From NCBI GenBank assembly GCA_037443665.1, contig JBBINW010000009.1, forward strand, positions 6,182-70,181: a DNA stretch of 64,000 bases. Reading direction: 5' to 3'. The translations under genes and the position numbers were made by a program. The notes under the pieces are model-generated. The model was given only the letters and a program-made list of their open reading frames with translations, made no database searches and was not told where the DNA came from. Each line of letters begins with the position of its first letter. The stretch's first letter is position 1. The DNA is from Betaproteobacteria bacterium. GTDB lineage: Bacteria > Pseudomonadota > Gammaproteobacteria > Burkholderiales > Burkholderiaceae_C. Of this stretch, positions 36,385 through 46,467 are shown one piece after another.

Positions 36385-38011
36385 CCTCTTCTCGGTCGGT
36401 CGGTCGCCGCGCCTCGCCCAGCAGCGACCAGCCGGACGGCGCCGGTGGAAGCGGCCTCACGCGGGTGGCTTGCAGAAGATATGGGCAGGAGCCGTCGACG
36501 GCCTGGGGCCGGGCATCGACATGCAGGTGGCCGACGACCTCGAGTGCCGCCACGGCCGGCGGTGCCAGACCTGGCGCGGCGACGCAACCGCCGTCCGGCA
36601 TCAGCGCCACCAGGCGGTCGACGAGCGGGCGCGGGCTGCGTGCGTAGTCGAGCAGCGGCAGCCACAACGTCATCAGCAGCAGCCAGCACAGCGCCACGCC
36701 TCCGGCGGGCAGCACCAGGCTCTTCCAAAGGGCCTCTCGGTGGCGGCCCGTCCGCCATCGCACGACGGCCACCCAGGCGGCGCTGCCGGCCACCGCCAGC
36801 GCCAGCGCCAGGGCCGAGAAATGCGAGACATAGCCGGGTGCCAGCCGTGCGACGTTGGCCGCCGTCTTCGCCGGCACGCCGGTCTGCAGTGCGAGGTAGA
36901 CGACCCAGATCGCGATTGCGCACAACGTGAAGAAGCACATCGAGAACCAGTCGATCGCAGCCGCCGCGCTGCGCTTGAGCGTGGGCAGGGCGAAGGCGGC
37001 GAGTACGGCCATGCCGGGCAGAGCCAGCATCAGCGCGCGGTCGTTGCCGGCCATCGCGATGTTGGCCGCCAGCGCCGCGACCACCGGCACCAGCGGCACC
37101 GAGAGATGCCGGCGTGTCAGCTGACGGCGCCAGCGCCAGAGTGTCCACAATGCCAGCAGCCACGACGGCCAGAGAAACCACAGCCATTGGCGGGCGAGAT
37201 TGGGCAGATCCTGCGCCGTCAGCGCGTCGGCACGCCAGCGCCAGGCGCCCAGCGCGGCGGCCAGCAACGCCGCCGCCGCCATCGACGCGACGACCCAGCC
37301 CGTCAGTGCACGCACCTGTGGGTAGCGCGATCGACCGCACACGAGCACGGCGCCTGCGCCGACCGCCACCGCGATGCTCGGAGCCCCGCTGCCGGCAAGC
37401 AGGGGCAGGGCGGCGAGCAAGGCCGGCCGCGCCTGCCGAGGCTTGAACGGGGCCGCTGCCAGCGCGTAGAGGAACAGGCTCATCGACGCCAGCTGCGCCA
37501 GCTCGGGCGTCGTCTCGTGCCCGAGCTGCAACAGGCCCAGCGTGGCCATCAGCGCGAGGATCGCGCCGTCGGCGATGGCGCGCGCGTAATCCAGCGGCTG
37601 GGCCTCGCCGCCGAAGGCAAAGGGCACCGGCTGTGCCGCCTCGGTGCGCGCGAGGTGGAAGGTGGTGTACCAGACCAGGGCCAGGGTCAACGCGAGCAGG
37701 ATCGTGAACGGCACGCGCGCAGCCACGGCCGGTTCGAGCCAGGATGAACCGGCACGGATGAAGACGGCCCCCAGCCAATGCGGCAGCAATGCCATGTCAC
37801 CCGGCACGCCGCCCAGGGTCGGCGCCCACCACGACGTGCGTCCGTCGGCGATGGCGGCCATCTGCGCGAAAGCCGTCAGGTCCGCGTTGCGCCACGGATC
37901 GCGTCCGACCAGGCCGGGCAGCAGGTAGGCGGCGCACAGCAGCAGCAGCGGCAGACGTGGCAGCCGTCGCGCGCCGCGCAGCGTCACCAGGGCCGGCTTG
38001 GGAGCGGTCAT
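36350..38011 (-). CDS. ArnT/PMT-like GT-C membrane glycosyltransferase
   Basis: GRDPWRNAD, polytopic membrane protein, HETTPE; usual neighbour of rpmE2. Confidence 0.7.
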   Translation of the reverse strand: MTAPKPALVTLRGARRLPRLPLLLLCAAYLLPGLVGRDPWRNADLTAFAQMAAIADGRTSWWAPTLGGVPGDMALLPHWLGAVFIRAGSSWLEPAVAARVPFTILLALTLALVWYTTFHLARTEAAQPVPFAFGGEAQPLDYARAIADGAILALMATLGLLQLGHETTPELAQLASMSLFLYALAAAPFKPRQARPALLAALPLLAGSGAPSIAVAVGAGAVLVCGRSRYPQVRALTGWVVASMAAAALLAAALGAWRWRADALTAQDLPNLARQWLWFLWPSWLLALWTLWRWRRQLTRRHLSVPLVPVVAALAANIAMAGNDRALMLALPGMAVLAAFALPTLKRSAAAAIDWFSMCFFTLCAIAIWVVYLALQTGVPAKTAANVARLAPGYVSHFSALALALAVAGSAAWVAVVRWRTGRHREALWKSLVLPAGGVALCWLLLMTLWLPLLDYARSPRPLVDRLVALMPDGGCVAAPGLAPPAVAALEVVGHLHVDARPQAVDGSCPYLLQATRVRPLPPAPSGWSLLGEARRPTDREEVTQVFRRSSGR

Positions 38012-38091
38012 TGCGCGCGGATCCGCTGGCGAGCGAGATCCGGCGCCGCAGCCGACGCCGCGGCCAGAACGGCGGCATCGGATGCGGCGCC

Positions 38092-38118
38092 AAAGAAAAA
38101 GGCAGCCGAAGCTGCCTT
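38092..38118 (-). terminator. Intrinsic terminator downstream of rpmE2
   Basis: Minus strand AAGGCAGC-TTCG-GCTGCCTT then TTTCTTT. Confidence 0.85.
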
Positions 38119-38179
38119 GTGCGGTTCGCGCATGGCGCCGGTCACCGCGTCTGGCCCCTGGCGCCGGCCGGCATCGACC

Positions 38180-38440
38180 CTACTTCTTCAGGCCAACGCG
38201 GGCGAACTTGTTGCGGAACTTCTCGACGCGGCCGCCGAGGTTGTCCACGCTCTTCTGGGTGCCGGTGTAGAACGGGTGCGTCTCGCTGGTGGATTCCACC
38301 TTCATCAGAGGCAGGTCACGGCCGTCCTCCATCGTGATCGTCTCCCGGGTCTGCAGGCAGGAGCGGGTGACGAACTTGAAGCCGTTGGACAGGTCCAGGA
38401 AACAGACTTCGCGGTATGCGGGATGGATGCCGTCTTTCAT
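38180..38440 (-). CDS. rpmE2: 50S ribosomal protein L31 type B (86 aa)
   Basis: [27 protein letters not shown]. Confidence 0.92.
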   Translation of the reverse strand: MKDGIHPAYREVCFLDLSNGFKFVTRSCLQTRETITMEDGRDLPLMKVESTSETHPFYTGTQKSVDNLGGRVEKFRNKFARVGLKK

Positions 38441-38527
38441 GGGGTGCCTCTGATCGGGTTTGGAAGCCACGTTGCCTGTTGTGGATGAAAGGGGCAGCGC
38501 ACTTTCCGAGGTGGAGCGGAACCTCGA

Positions 38528-38533
38528 ATTATA
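38528..38533 (-). promoter_or_regulatory. -10 box for rpmE2
   Basis: Consensus TATAAT on the minus strand about 88 nt upstream of ATG. Confidence 0.65.
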
Positions 38534-38546
38534 GGTGACCGCCGCG

Positions 38547-39809
38547 TCAGCCGCCGCGGCGCATCATGTCGAAGAAGTCGAGGTTGTTCTTCGTCGCCTT
38601 CATCTTCTCGAGAATGAACTCCATCGCCTCGATTTCGTCCATCGGGTACAGCAGCTTGCGCAGGATCCAGCTCTTCTGCAGGATCTCGGGCTTGAGCAGC
38701 AGTTCCTCGCGCCGCGTGCCGCTCTTGTTGATCAGGATCGAAGGGTAGACGCGCTTCTCGGCCATCCGGCGGTCGAGGTGGATCTCGCAGTTGCCGGTGC
38801 CCTTGAACTCCTCGTAGATCACCTCGTCCATCTTCGAGCCGGTGTCGACCAGCGCGGTGCCGATGATGGTCAGCGTGCCGGCTTCCTCGGTGTTGCGCGC
38901 GGCGCCGAAGAAGCGCTTGGGTCGCTGCAGCGCGTTGGCGTCGACGCCGCCGCTGAGCAGCTTGCCGCTGGACGGCAGCACGTTGTTGTAGGCACGCGCC
39001 AGGCGCGTGATGCTGTCGAGCAGGATCACCACGTCCTTCTTCAGTTCGACCAGGCGCTTGGCGCGCTCGATGACCATCTCGGCCACCTGAACGTGGCGCG
39101 CGGCCGGCTCGTCGAAGGTGCTGCTGATGACCTCGCCGCGCACGGTGCGCAGCATCTCGGTCACTTCTTCCGGCCGCTCGTCGACGAGCAGCACGATGAG
39201 GTGGATCTCGGGGTGGTTGGCGACCAGCGCATGCGCGATATGCTGCATCATCACCGTCTTGCCCGTCTTGGGCTGCGCCACCAGCAGCGCGCGCTGGCCT
39301 TTGCCGATCGGTGCGATGAGGTCGATGATGCGGCTGGTGATGTTCTCTTCGCCTTTGATGTCGCGTTCGAGCTTGAACTGCTCCTTCGGGAACAGCGCCG
39401 TCAGGTTCTCGAACATGATCTTGTGCTTGCTCTCCTCGGGCGTCAGGCCGTTGACCCGGTCGACCTTGACGAGAGCGAAGTAGCGTTCGCCGTCCTTGGG
39501 CACCCGCACCTCACCTTCGACCATGTCGCCAGTGTGCAGGTTGAAGCGGCGGATCTGGCTCGGGCTGAGGTAGATGTCGTCGGTGGAGGCCATGTAGCTG
39601 GCCTCGATCGAGCGCAGGAAGCCGAAGCCGTCGGGCAGGACCTCGAGCACGCCGTCGCCGAAGACCTGCTCGCCGCCCTTGGCGCGCTTCTTCATGATCG
39701 CGAACATCAGCTCCTGCTTGCGCAGGCGGGCGACGTTCTCGATTTCGAGCGCCTCGCCCATCGTGATGAGTTCGGCGATGGGCTGGGCCTTGAGTTCGGA
39801 CAGATGCAT
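38547..39809 (-). CDS. rho: Transcription termination factor Rho
   Basis: [39 protein letters not shown]. Confidence 0.98.
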   Translation of the reverse strand: MHLSELKAQPIAELITMGEALEIENVARLRKQELMFAIMKKRAKGGEQVFGDGVLEVLPDGFGFLRSIEASYMASTDDIYLSPSQIRRFNLHTGDMVEGEVRVPKDGERYFALVKVDRVNGLTPEESKHKIMFENLTALFPKEQFKLERDIKGEENITSRIIDLIAPIGKGQRALLVAQPKTGKTVMMQHIAHALVANHPEIHLIVLLVDERPEEVTEMLRTVRGEVISSTFDEPAARHVQVAEMVIERAKRLVELKKDVVILLDSITRLARAYNNVLPSSGKLLSGGVDANALQRPKRFFGAARNTEEAGTLTIIGTALVDTGSKMDEVIYEEFKGTGNCEIHLDRRMAEKRVYPSILINKSGTRREELLLKPEILQKSWILRKLLYPMDEIEAMEFILEKMKATKNNLDFFDMMRRGG

Positions 39810-39996
39810 GAGGGCACCCTCGGGCAGATGCGTGTGGGCTCACGCGCGACGCGGCGCGGGCCATGCGGCAAGGATCTTGTGGTGTGGCGCCGGACTCACG
39901 CGGTGGGCCGTCTGTGCGCCGGCAGGTCGTGCCGACTGGGCCTTGCGTGGTGGCGGGTCAGCCGGTGGGCGCTCTTGGCTCCCACCGGTGACCGAG

Positions 39997-40002
39997 ATTA
40001 TA
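39997..40002 (-). promoter_or_regulatory. -10 box for rho overlapping the trxA stop codon
   Basis: TATAAT on the minus strand includes the trxA TAA. Confidence 0.6.
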
Positions 40003-40327
40003 GATGACCGTCGAGGAAGGCGGTCAGCTGGGCCTTGGACAGCGCGCCGACCTGCGTTGCCGCGAGCTTGCCGCCCTTGAACAACATCAGCGTCGGGATG
40101 CCGCGGATGCCGAACTTGGCCGGCACTTCGCGATTCTCATCGACATTCATCTTGGCGATCTGCAGCCGACCGTCGTAATCCTTGGAAACCTGGTCGAGGA
40201 TCGGGGCGATCATCTTGCAGGGTCCGCACCACTCGGCCCAATAATCGACGAGCACGGGTTTGTCGGCGGCGAGCACGTCGGTGCCGAACGAGTCGTCGGT
40301 GATGTGTTTGATCAGTTCGCTGCTCAT
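39998..40327 (-). CDS. trxA: Thioredoxin 1
   Basis: WCGPC, IRGIPTL; upstream of rho. Confidence 0.97.
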   Translation of the reverse strand: MSSELIKHITDDSFGTDVLAADKPVLVDYWAEWCGPCKMIAPILDQVSKDYDGRLQIAKMNVDENREVPAKFGIRGIPTLMLFKGGKLAATQVGALSKAQLTAFLDGHL

Positions 40328-40430
40328 GAGGGCGTCTCTCGGTTTGCCTGGGCGCGACAAGCGCTCGCAAGGCACAATCATTTTGGCACAACGGCCCTTT
40401 CGGGGCCGGGCTGCGGGACGCATTCTCTTC

Positions 40431-42998
40431 ATGGCATCGGTAGAACAAATCTCGCTCCCGGCGGCCGCGTCTGCCGATGCGCTGTGGTCGGCGCTGGCGC
40501 TGCATGCGCGGGCTTGGCTGGCGCGGCGCGGCCTCGATGCGCGCGACGCCATCGTGCTGTTGCCGTTTTCGGCCCTGCTGGCGCCGGCGCGCTCGGCCTG
40601 GACCCGGCTCGGTGGCTGGCAGCCGCGGGTGGAAACCCCGCTCACGCTGGCCGCCACGCTCGGCCCGCCGCCCGCGGCCGCGCTCGGGCCCTGCAGCGGC
40701 GATCCGACGACGGACCGGCTGGGCGCGGCCATGCTGCTGCGCCGACAGGCCTTCGGCGCTGCCTGGGAGCGGCGCGATGCGGCCGGATTCGGGCGCATGG
40801 TCTGCGCCGTGGTGGAAGCGGCGCAGGTGCTGCGCAGCGCCGCGTTCGCGCGTGCCCCGGCGGCCCGCGATGCGTTCTGGGCCGAGGTCCGCAATGCCAC
40901 CACCGCGGTGGTCGGCCCCGCGGCGACCGAAGCCGCGCTGCTGCGCCTGGCCGTGGAATGGGCGGCAGCCGCGGGCGCACCCGCCACCGACCGCCTGTTC
41001 GCGCACCACCCCGAGGCCTGGCTCGTGCTGCGCCTGGGTGGCCCGGATCCGCTGGCCGAGGCCCTGCTGGGGCACGGCGGCATCCCGTCGCTGCACCTGC
41101 TGGCCGATCCGCCGCCGGACGATCCGTTCGCCCCGGCAGCGGCGGCGTCATCCGCCACGCCGCAGCTGTTTCGTCTGCGTTGCGATGATTTCGAAGCCGA
41201 GGCGCAGGCCAGTGCGGCGACGATCATCGAGGCACTGAACGCCGGGCGTACGCCGGTGGCTCTGGTCGCGCTGGACCGCGAATTGCTTCGCCGCGTGCGT
41301 GCCTTGCTGGCGCGGGCCCGGGTACCGCTGCTCGACGAAACCGGCTGGCTGCTCGATACCACGCGCGCGGCGGCCGACGTCGTGGCCTTGCTGCGTGCGG
41401 CGCTGCCGCAGGCGGGTCAGGACGCGCGGCTCGAATGGCTCAAGACCCTGCCCGGCGTCGCCGCCGTCGACCTCGACGCGCTGGAGGCCGTGTGGCGCGG
41501 CCGGCGACACGTACTGCGGCGCAGCGAGGCCGAGCGCCTTTGGCGCCGGGCGCAGGCCTGGCTGGCGCCGCTGCAGGCGCAGGGTCAGCGCACGCTCGCC
41601 GAGTGGCTGGAAACGCTGCGGGCCTGCCTGCAGGCCGACGCCGGTTTCGAGCGGCTCGCTGCCGACGCCGCCGGCAAGCAGGTGATCGCCGCGCTGGGCC
41701 TGGACGCGGAGCCGCCCTGGCGGCCGCTGGCCGATGCCTGGCGGACCGAACTCGCCGGCCTACTGGCCTGGGTCGAATCGACGCTTGCCGACGCGCCTTT
41801 CCTGCCGTCGCCCGATGCCGGCGCGCAGGTGGTGCTGACCCCGTTGGCCCGTGCGTTCGGGCGGCCGTTCGCGCAGGTCGTGGTCCCGGGGGCCGACGAG
41901 ATCCGGCTCGGGCGCATCGAATCGCCGCCCTCGTTGCTCGGGGACGCGCTGGCGGCGCGCCTCGGGCTGGACCATGCCGCCGCGCGCCGTCAGCGCCAGC
42001 GCCTGGCCCTGGCGCAGTTGCTGCGCATGCCGCACTTGACGCTGCTGCGCCGACGGCGCGACGGCGACGAGCCGGTGGCCGACAGTCCCGACGTCGAGTG
42101 GTTGCTCCTCGCCCGCGAGCGCGCCGGTGCGCCGCCGGTGCGCTTGCTCGACTGGCAGCCGCCCGAGATCGCGGTGCCGCTGCGGCCGGTGGCGCGGCCG
42201 CAGCCGAGTGCGCCCGAAGCACTGCCGGCGGCGATCAGCGCCAGCCAGCTCGAGGCGCTGCGTCAATGCCCGTACCGATTCTTCGCCCGAGCCGTGCTGC
42301 GGCTGGACGAGCCCGAGGAACTCGAGGTGGCGCTCGTCAAGCGCGACTACGGCACCTGGCTGCACGCCGTGCTCCACCACTTCCACAGCCGACGCGACGC
42401 CGGTGTCCCGGACGCGCAGCAGCTGCGCCAGGCTGCCGATGCGGTCACGCTCGAGCAGGGCCTGGACGCCGCCGAGCTGCTGCCGTTCCGCGCCAGCTTC
42501 GACAGCTTCGCGCCCGCGTACCTGGACTGGCTGCGCGTGCGCGAAGGCCGCGGCTGGCGCTGGCAGTCGGGCGAGGCCGACCACCGCCTGACGGCGCCCG
42601 TGCTCGCAGGCCTGCGACTGCAGGGCCGCCTCGACCGGCTCGACCAGGGCCCGGGTGCGGCGACCGAGCTGCTCGACTACAAGACCGGCAGCGCGCAGGC
42701 CCTGGCGCGGCGGGTGAAGGAGCCGCTGGAGGACACCCAGCTCGCCTTCTACGCTGCCTTGCTCGGCGGCGCGGAGACGCTGTCTGCCGCCTACCTGGCG
42801 CTCGACGACGCCGGCGCGCCGCGCGAGATCGAACACCCTGCCGTGCACCACAGTGCGGCGGCGCTGCTGCAGGGCCTGGCGGGCGAATGGGCCAGGCTGC
42901 GGCAGGGGGCGGCGATGCCGGCCCTGGGCGAGGGCCCGGTGTGCGAAACCTGCGAATCCCGCGGGCTGTGCCGACGTGATCACTGGAGCCCGGCATGA
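40431..42998 (+). CDS. addB: AddB-like PD-(D/E)XK nuclease with Fe-S cluster
   Basis: [45 protein letters not shown]. Confidence 0.82.
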   Translation: MASVEQISLPAAASADALWSALALHARAWLARRGLDARDAIVLLPFSALLAPARSAWTRLGGWQPRVETPLTLAATLGPPPAAALGPCSGDPTTDRLGAAMLLRRQAFGAAWERRDAAGFGRMVCAVVEAAQVLRSAAFARAPAARDAFWAEVRNATTAVVGPAATEAALLRLAVEWAAAAGAPATDRLFAHHPEAWLVLRLGGPDPLAEALLGHGGIPSLHLLADPPPDDPFAPAAAASSATPQLFRLRCDDFEAEAQASAATIIEALNAGRTPVALVALDRELLRRVRALLARARVPLLDETGWLLDTTRAAADVVALLRAALPQAGQDARLEWLKTLPGVAAVDLDALEAVWRGRRHVLRRSEAERLWRRAQAWLAPLQAQGQRTLAEWLETLRACLQADAGFERLAADAAGKQVIAALGLDAEPPWRPLADAWRTELAGLLAWVESTLADAPFLPSPDAGAQVVLTPLARAFGRPFAQVVVPGADEIRLGRIESPPSLLGDALAARLGLDHAAARRQRQRLALAQLLRMPHLTLLRRRRDGDEPVADSPDVEWLLLARERAGAPPVRLLDWQPPEIAVPLRPVARPQPSAPEALPAAISASQLEALRQCPYRFFARAVLRLDEPEELEVALVKRDYGTWLHAVLHHFHSRRDAGVPDAQQLRQAADAVTLEQGLDAAELLPFRASFDSFAPAYLDWLRVREGRGWRWQSGEADHRLTAPVLAGLRLQGRLDRLDQGPGAATELLDYKTGSAQALARRVKEPLEDTQLAFYAALLGGAETLSAAYLALDDAGAPREIEHPAVHHSAAALLQGLAGEWARLRQGAAMPALGEGPVCETCESRGLCRRDHWSPA

Positions 42999-43112
42999 GG
43001 CTGCGGTGCCCCCCGACGGGAAACGCCAGCATTCGCAGACAGGCGCTGCTCTGGCGAGCGTGCCTGGCCGCGCCGTGAGCGCGCGTCGGCGTCGTTCCTC
43101 GAAAGGACGCCG

Positions 43113-46100
43113 TTGAAGCCGCCCGCCTACCGCATCGACGCCACCCCGGTGGCGGCACCGGCCTTCTACGCCGCCGCATGCGACCCGCAGCGCAGCGTCG
43201 TCGTCGAAGCCTGCGCGGGCGCCGGCAAGACCTGGATCCTGGTCTCGCGCATCCTGCGGGCACTGCTGGCTGGCGTCGAGCCGCAGCAGATCCTGGCCAT
43301 CACCTTCACGCGCAAGGCCGCCGGCGAGATGCGCGCGCGGCTCGACGAATGGCTGCTGGCGTTCTCGGCCGGGCACTGCGACGACTCGACGCGCGTGCAG
43401 GCGCTGTGCGAGCGCGGTCTGAGCGCTGCCGACGCCGCGGCGCTGGCGCCGGCGCTCGGCGCCTTGCACGAACGCCTGCTGCGCGGCGGCCGTGGCGTCG
43501 AGGTGCGCACCTTTCATGGCTGGTTCGCGCAGCTGCTGGCGCACGCGCCACTCTCCCTGCTCGATGCGCTTGGCCTGCCGGCGGCCTACGAGACGGTCGA
43601 GGACGCGAGCGGGCTGCGCCCGGCGCTGATGCGCCGCTTTCACCGGGCGGTGCAGGACGATGCGGCACTGCACGCCGGCTATGCGGCACTGGTGGCGCGC
43701 CACCGCCGCGCCACCTTTCTGCAGTGGCTGGACGCCGCCTGGCGCCGCGGTGGTGAGCTCGCGCGCGCCGACGCGGCCGGCCACGCCGCCGACGCGGTGC
43801 CCGCCGCGGCCGCGCTGTGGCCCGCCTGCCACGGCCTCGACGACCCGGCACTGCTGCTGCAGCTTCCGCCGCTGGCGTCGCAGATCGACGGCCTCGCGCG
43901 CCAGCTCGGCGCCACCGGCAAGGCCAAGGCCGAGGCGGCGGCGCAGGGCCTGCGCGATGCGCTCGAGGCGCCCGCCGCGGCGACCGCGTTCGAGCGGGCC
44001 TGGGCGGCGCTCTTCACGCTCGCCGGCGAGCCGCGCAAGCAACTCGGCGACTCGCCGCTGCAGCAGGCGGTGGTCGATGCGCTGCGCGACGTGCGCGCTA
44101 TGCGGCAGCAGCAGCGCGCGCACGAGGACCATGTCGCGATGCTGCGGCTGGCGCGCGTGCTGCTGGTGGAGTACGCGCAGCTCAAGCGTGATCGCGGGCT
44201 CGTGGACATGGTCGATCTCGAGCACGCCGCCGAGGGGATGCTCGGCGACCGCGAGATCGCGGGCTGGGTCCAGGAGCGGCTCGACCAGCGACTGCGACAG
44301 GTGTTGATCGACGAGTTCCAGGACACCAGTCCGCTGCAGTGGCAGGCGTTGCACGGCTGGCTGCAGTCGTACGCTGGCGCCGGCGGCGGCGCCAGCGGCC
44401 AGCGACCGCCCGCGGTGTTCATCGTCGGCGATCCCAAGCAGAGCATCTACCGCTTCCGCGGCGCCGAGCCGCGCGTGTTCGAGGCTGCGCGCGACTTCGT
44501 CGTCGAGGGGCTGGCAGGGAAGGTCCTGCAATGCGACCACACGCGGCGCAACGCGCCAGCGGTGATCGACGCCATCAACGCCGTCTTCGACGATGCCGCC
44601 CAGCGCGACGGGTGGGGGCCGTTCAGGCCGCACAGCACCGGCTCGCAGGCGGCCGGCGCGGTGCGGCGGCTGCCCGGCGTGCCGCGCGCGCCCAGGGAAA
44701 CCGGTGGCGGGCTGGCGACCGACGTCTGGCGCGATTCGCTGACCCAGCCGCGGATCGAGGCCGAGGTTCGGCGGCGCGCCGAAGAGGCGGCGCAGGTGGC
44801 GGCGGCGGTGGCCGACCTGATCGTCACGCAGGGCCTGGCGCCGGGCGAGGTCATGGTTCTCGCCCGCAAGCGGGTCGTGCTGGCCGCGGTGGCCGAAGCA
44901 CTGGCCCATGCCGGTGTGCCGCATGTCGTGGCCGAGCCGCTGGCCCTGCACCAGTCGCCCGAGGTGCTCGACCTGATCGCCGTTCTCGACGTGCTGGCCT
45001 CGCCGGGGCACGACCTGTCGCTGGCGCGGGCGTTGAAGAGCCCGCTGTTCGGCGCCGGCGACGACGACCTGCTGTGGCTGTCGCAGGCGGTGCGCGAGCC
45101 GGCCGACGTCGGCTTCGGCTGGCTGCACCCTTTGCTGGGTGCGTCCGGGCTGCCTTCGGCCGCGCTGGCGCGCGCGCAGGGGCTGCTCGGCGCCTGGGCG
45201 GCCGCGGCGCCCAGTCTGCCGCCGCACGACCTTCTCGATCGCATCGTCCACGAAGGCGAGCTGCTCCAGCGTCTGGCCGCGGCGGTGCCGCCATCGCGCC
45301 GCGCCGGCGCCTTGCATGCGGTCAACGCCGTGCTGGCCGCGTCGCTGGCGCACCAGGGCGCGCGCGTGCCCAGCCTGTACCGCTTCGTGCGCGAGCTGCG
45401 CGCCGGCCGGGTCGAGGCCAGCGGGCTGGCGCCGGCGGCGGCGGTGCAACTGCTCACGGTGCACGGTGCCAAGGGGCTGGAGGCGCGGGCGGTGATCGTG
45501 GTCGATGCCGACCCCGAGCCGCGCCAGGCCGAGCGCGCGACGCTGCTCGTCGACTGGCCGGTCGAGCAGGCCGCGCCGCGCCGCGTGGCCTTCGTGCGCA
45601 GCGAGTCGGCGCTGCCGCCGTCGCTGGCCGGACCCTGGGCAGCGGAGGTCGCGGCGCGCGAGCGCGAGGAACTCAACGGTCTGTACGTGGCGATGACGCG
45701 GGCCCGCGAATGGCTGGTCTTCAGCCGCACCGAGCCGTCGCGCCGCGCGCCGGGCCAGCCGTGGTGGGATCGGGTGCAGGCGCAGGCGCAGGTCTGGGCG
45801 CCGCCGGCGCGTGCGGCGTTGGCCGGGCAGGCCGACGCCCGGGTGCCGACGCTGCCGGCGCTACACTGGCAGGCGTCGCCCGCGACCGGCGAGCCGGCCG
45901 CGGAGGATCCGGCGGCGGCGCGGCTCGGGCAGGCCGTGCACAGGATGCTTGAATGGGCCGGCCAGCCGGGTGCCGCGCTGCCGCGCGAACACCGGCCGGC
46001 GGCGAGCGCCGCAGCGGCAGCCGCATTCGGCCTGCCGACGACGGCCGCGGCGCGCGTGCTGACTTTGGCCGGGCAGGTACTGGATAGCGGGGAGTGCGCG

Positions 46101-46379
46101 CGCTTCTTCGCCGGTCCGGCCCTGGACTGGGCCGGCAACGAGGTGCCGGTCGTGGCCGACGGCGAGCTCTTGCGCATCGACCGCCTGGTGGCGCTGCGCG
46201 ACAGCGCCGGCGGCAGGACCTGGTGGGTGCTGGACTACAAGCTGCAGAGCACGCCGCAGGCGGTGCCAGCATACCGCGAGCAACTGCAGCGGTATGTCGC
46301 CGCCGTGCAGTCGCTGCAGCCTGGCGACCCCGTGCGCGGCGCCTTCATCACCGGCGGTGGCGCGCTCGTGAGCCTATAG
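43113..46379 (+). CDS. addA: AddA-like UvrD helicase/nuclease
   Basis: ACAGAGKT, TFTRKAA, IDEFQDTS, VGDPKQSIYRFRGA, TVHGAKGLE, YVAMTRA, RIDRL, LDYK. Confidence 0.88.
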   Translation: MKPPAYRIDATPVAAPAFYAAACDPQRSVVVEACAGAGKTWILVSRILRALLAGVEPQQILAITFTRKAAGEMRARLDEWLLAFSAGHCDDSTRVQALCERGLSAADAAALAPALGALHERLLRGGRGVEVRTFHGWFAQLLAHAPLSLLDALGLPAAYETVEDASGLRPALMRRFHRAVQDDAALHAGYAALVARHRRATFLQWLDAAWRRGGELARADAAGHAADAVPAAAALWPACHGLDDPALLLQLPPLASQIDGLARQLGATGKAKAEAAAQGLRDALEAPAAATAFERAWAALFTLAGEPRKQLGDSPLQQAVVDALRDVRAMRQQQRAHEDHVAMLRLARVLLVEYAQLKRDRGLVDMVDLEHAAEGMLGDREIAGWVQERLDQRLRQVLIDEFQDTSPLQWQALHGWLQSYAGAGGGASGQRPPAVFIVGDPKQSIYRFRGAEPRVFEAARDFVVEGLAGKVLQCDHTRRNAPAVIDAINAVFDDAAQRDGWGPFRPHSTGSQAAGAVRRLPGVPRAPRETGGGLATDVWRDSLTQPRIEAEVRRRAEEAAQVAAAVADLIVTQGLAPGEVMVLARKRVVLAAVAEALAHAGVPHVVAEPLALHQSPEVLDLIAVLDVLASPGHDLSLARALKSPLFGAGDDDLLWLSQAVREPADVGFGWLHPLLGASGLPSAALARAQGLLGAWAAAAPSLPPHDLLDRIVHEGELLQRLAAAVPPSRRAGALHAVNAVLAASLAHQGARVPSLYRFVRELRAGRVEASGLAPAAAVQLLTVHGAKGLEARAVIVVDADPEPRQAERATLLVDWPVEQAAPRRVAFVRSESALPPSLAGPWAAEVAAREREELNGLYVAMTRAREWLVFSRTEPSRRAPGQPWWDRVQAQAQVWAPPARAALAGQADARVPTLPALHWQASPATGEPAAEDPAAARLGQAVHRMLEWAGQPGAALPREHRPAASAAAAAAFGLPTTAAARVLTLAGQVLDSGECARFFAGPALDWAGNEVPVVADGELLRIDRLVALRDSAGGRTWWVLDYKLQSTPQAVPAYREQLQRYVAAVQSLQPGDPVRGAFITGGGALVSL

Positions 46380-46467
46380 CTCGCCTGCGCCCGGCGCCGA
46401 AGTGCCGCGCGATTCGGCCACTGTTCGCACCTTCGGCGGGCCTCGCTCCGGGGTTCAATCCTCGTCC

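Noticed and set aside
41760-45464. 1234-aa antisense ORF, and similar long antisense ORFs such as 58044-61112, 29432-32308, 24157-26391 and 22365-24182
   Set aside because: Shadow ORFs opposite well-supported genes; stop-poor antisense frames are expected at high GC3, and the products have no motifs
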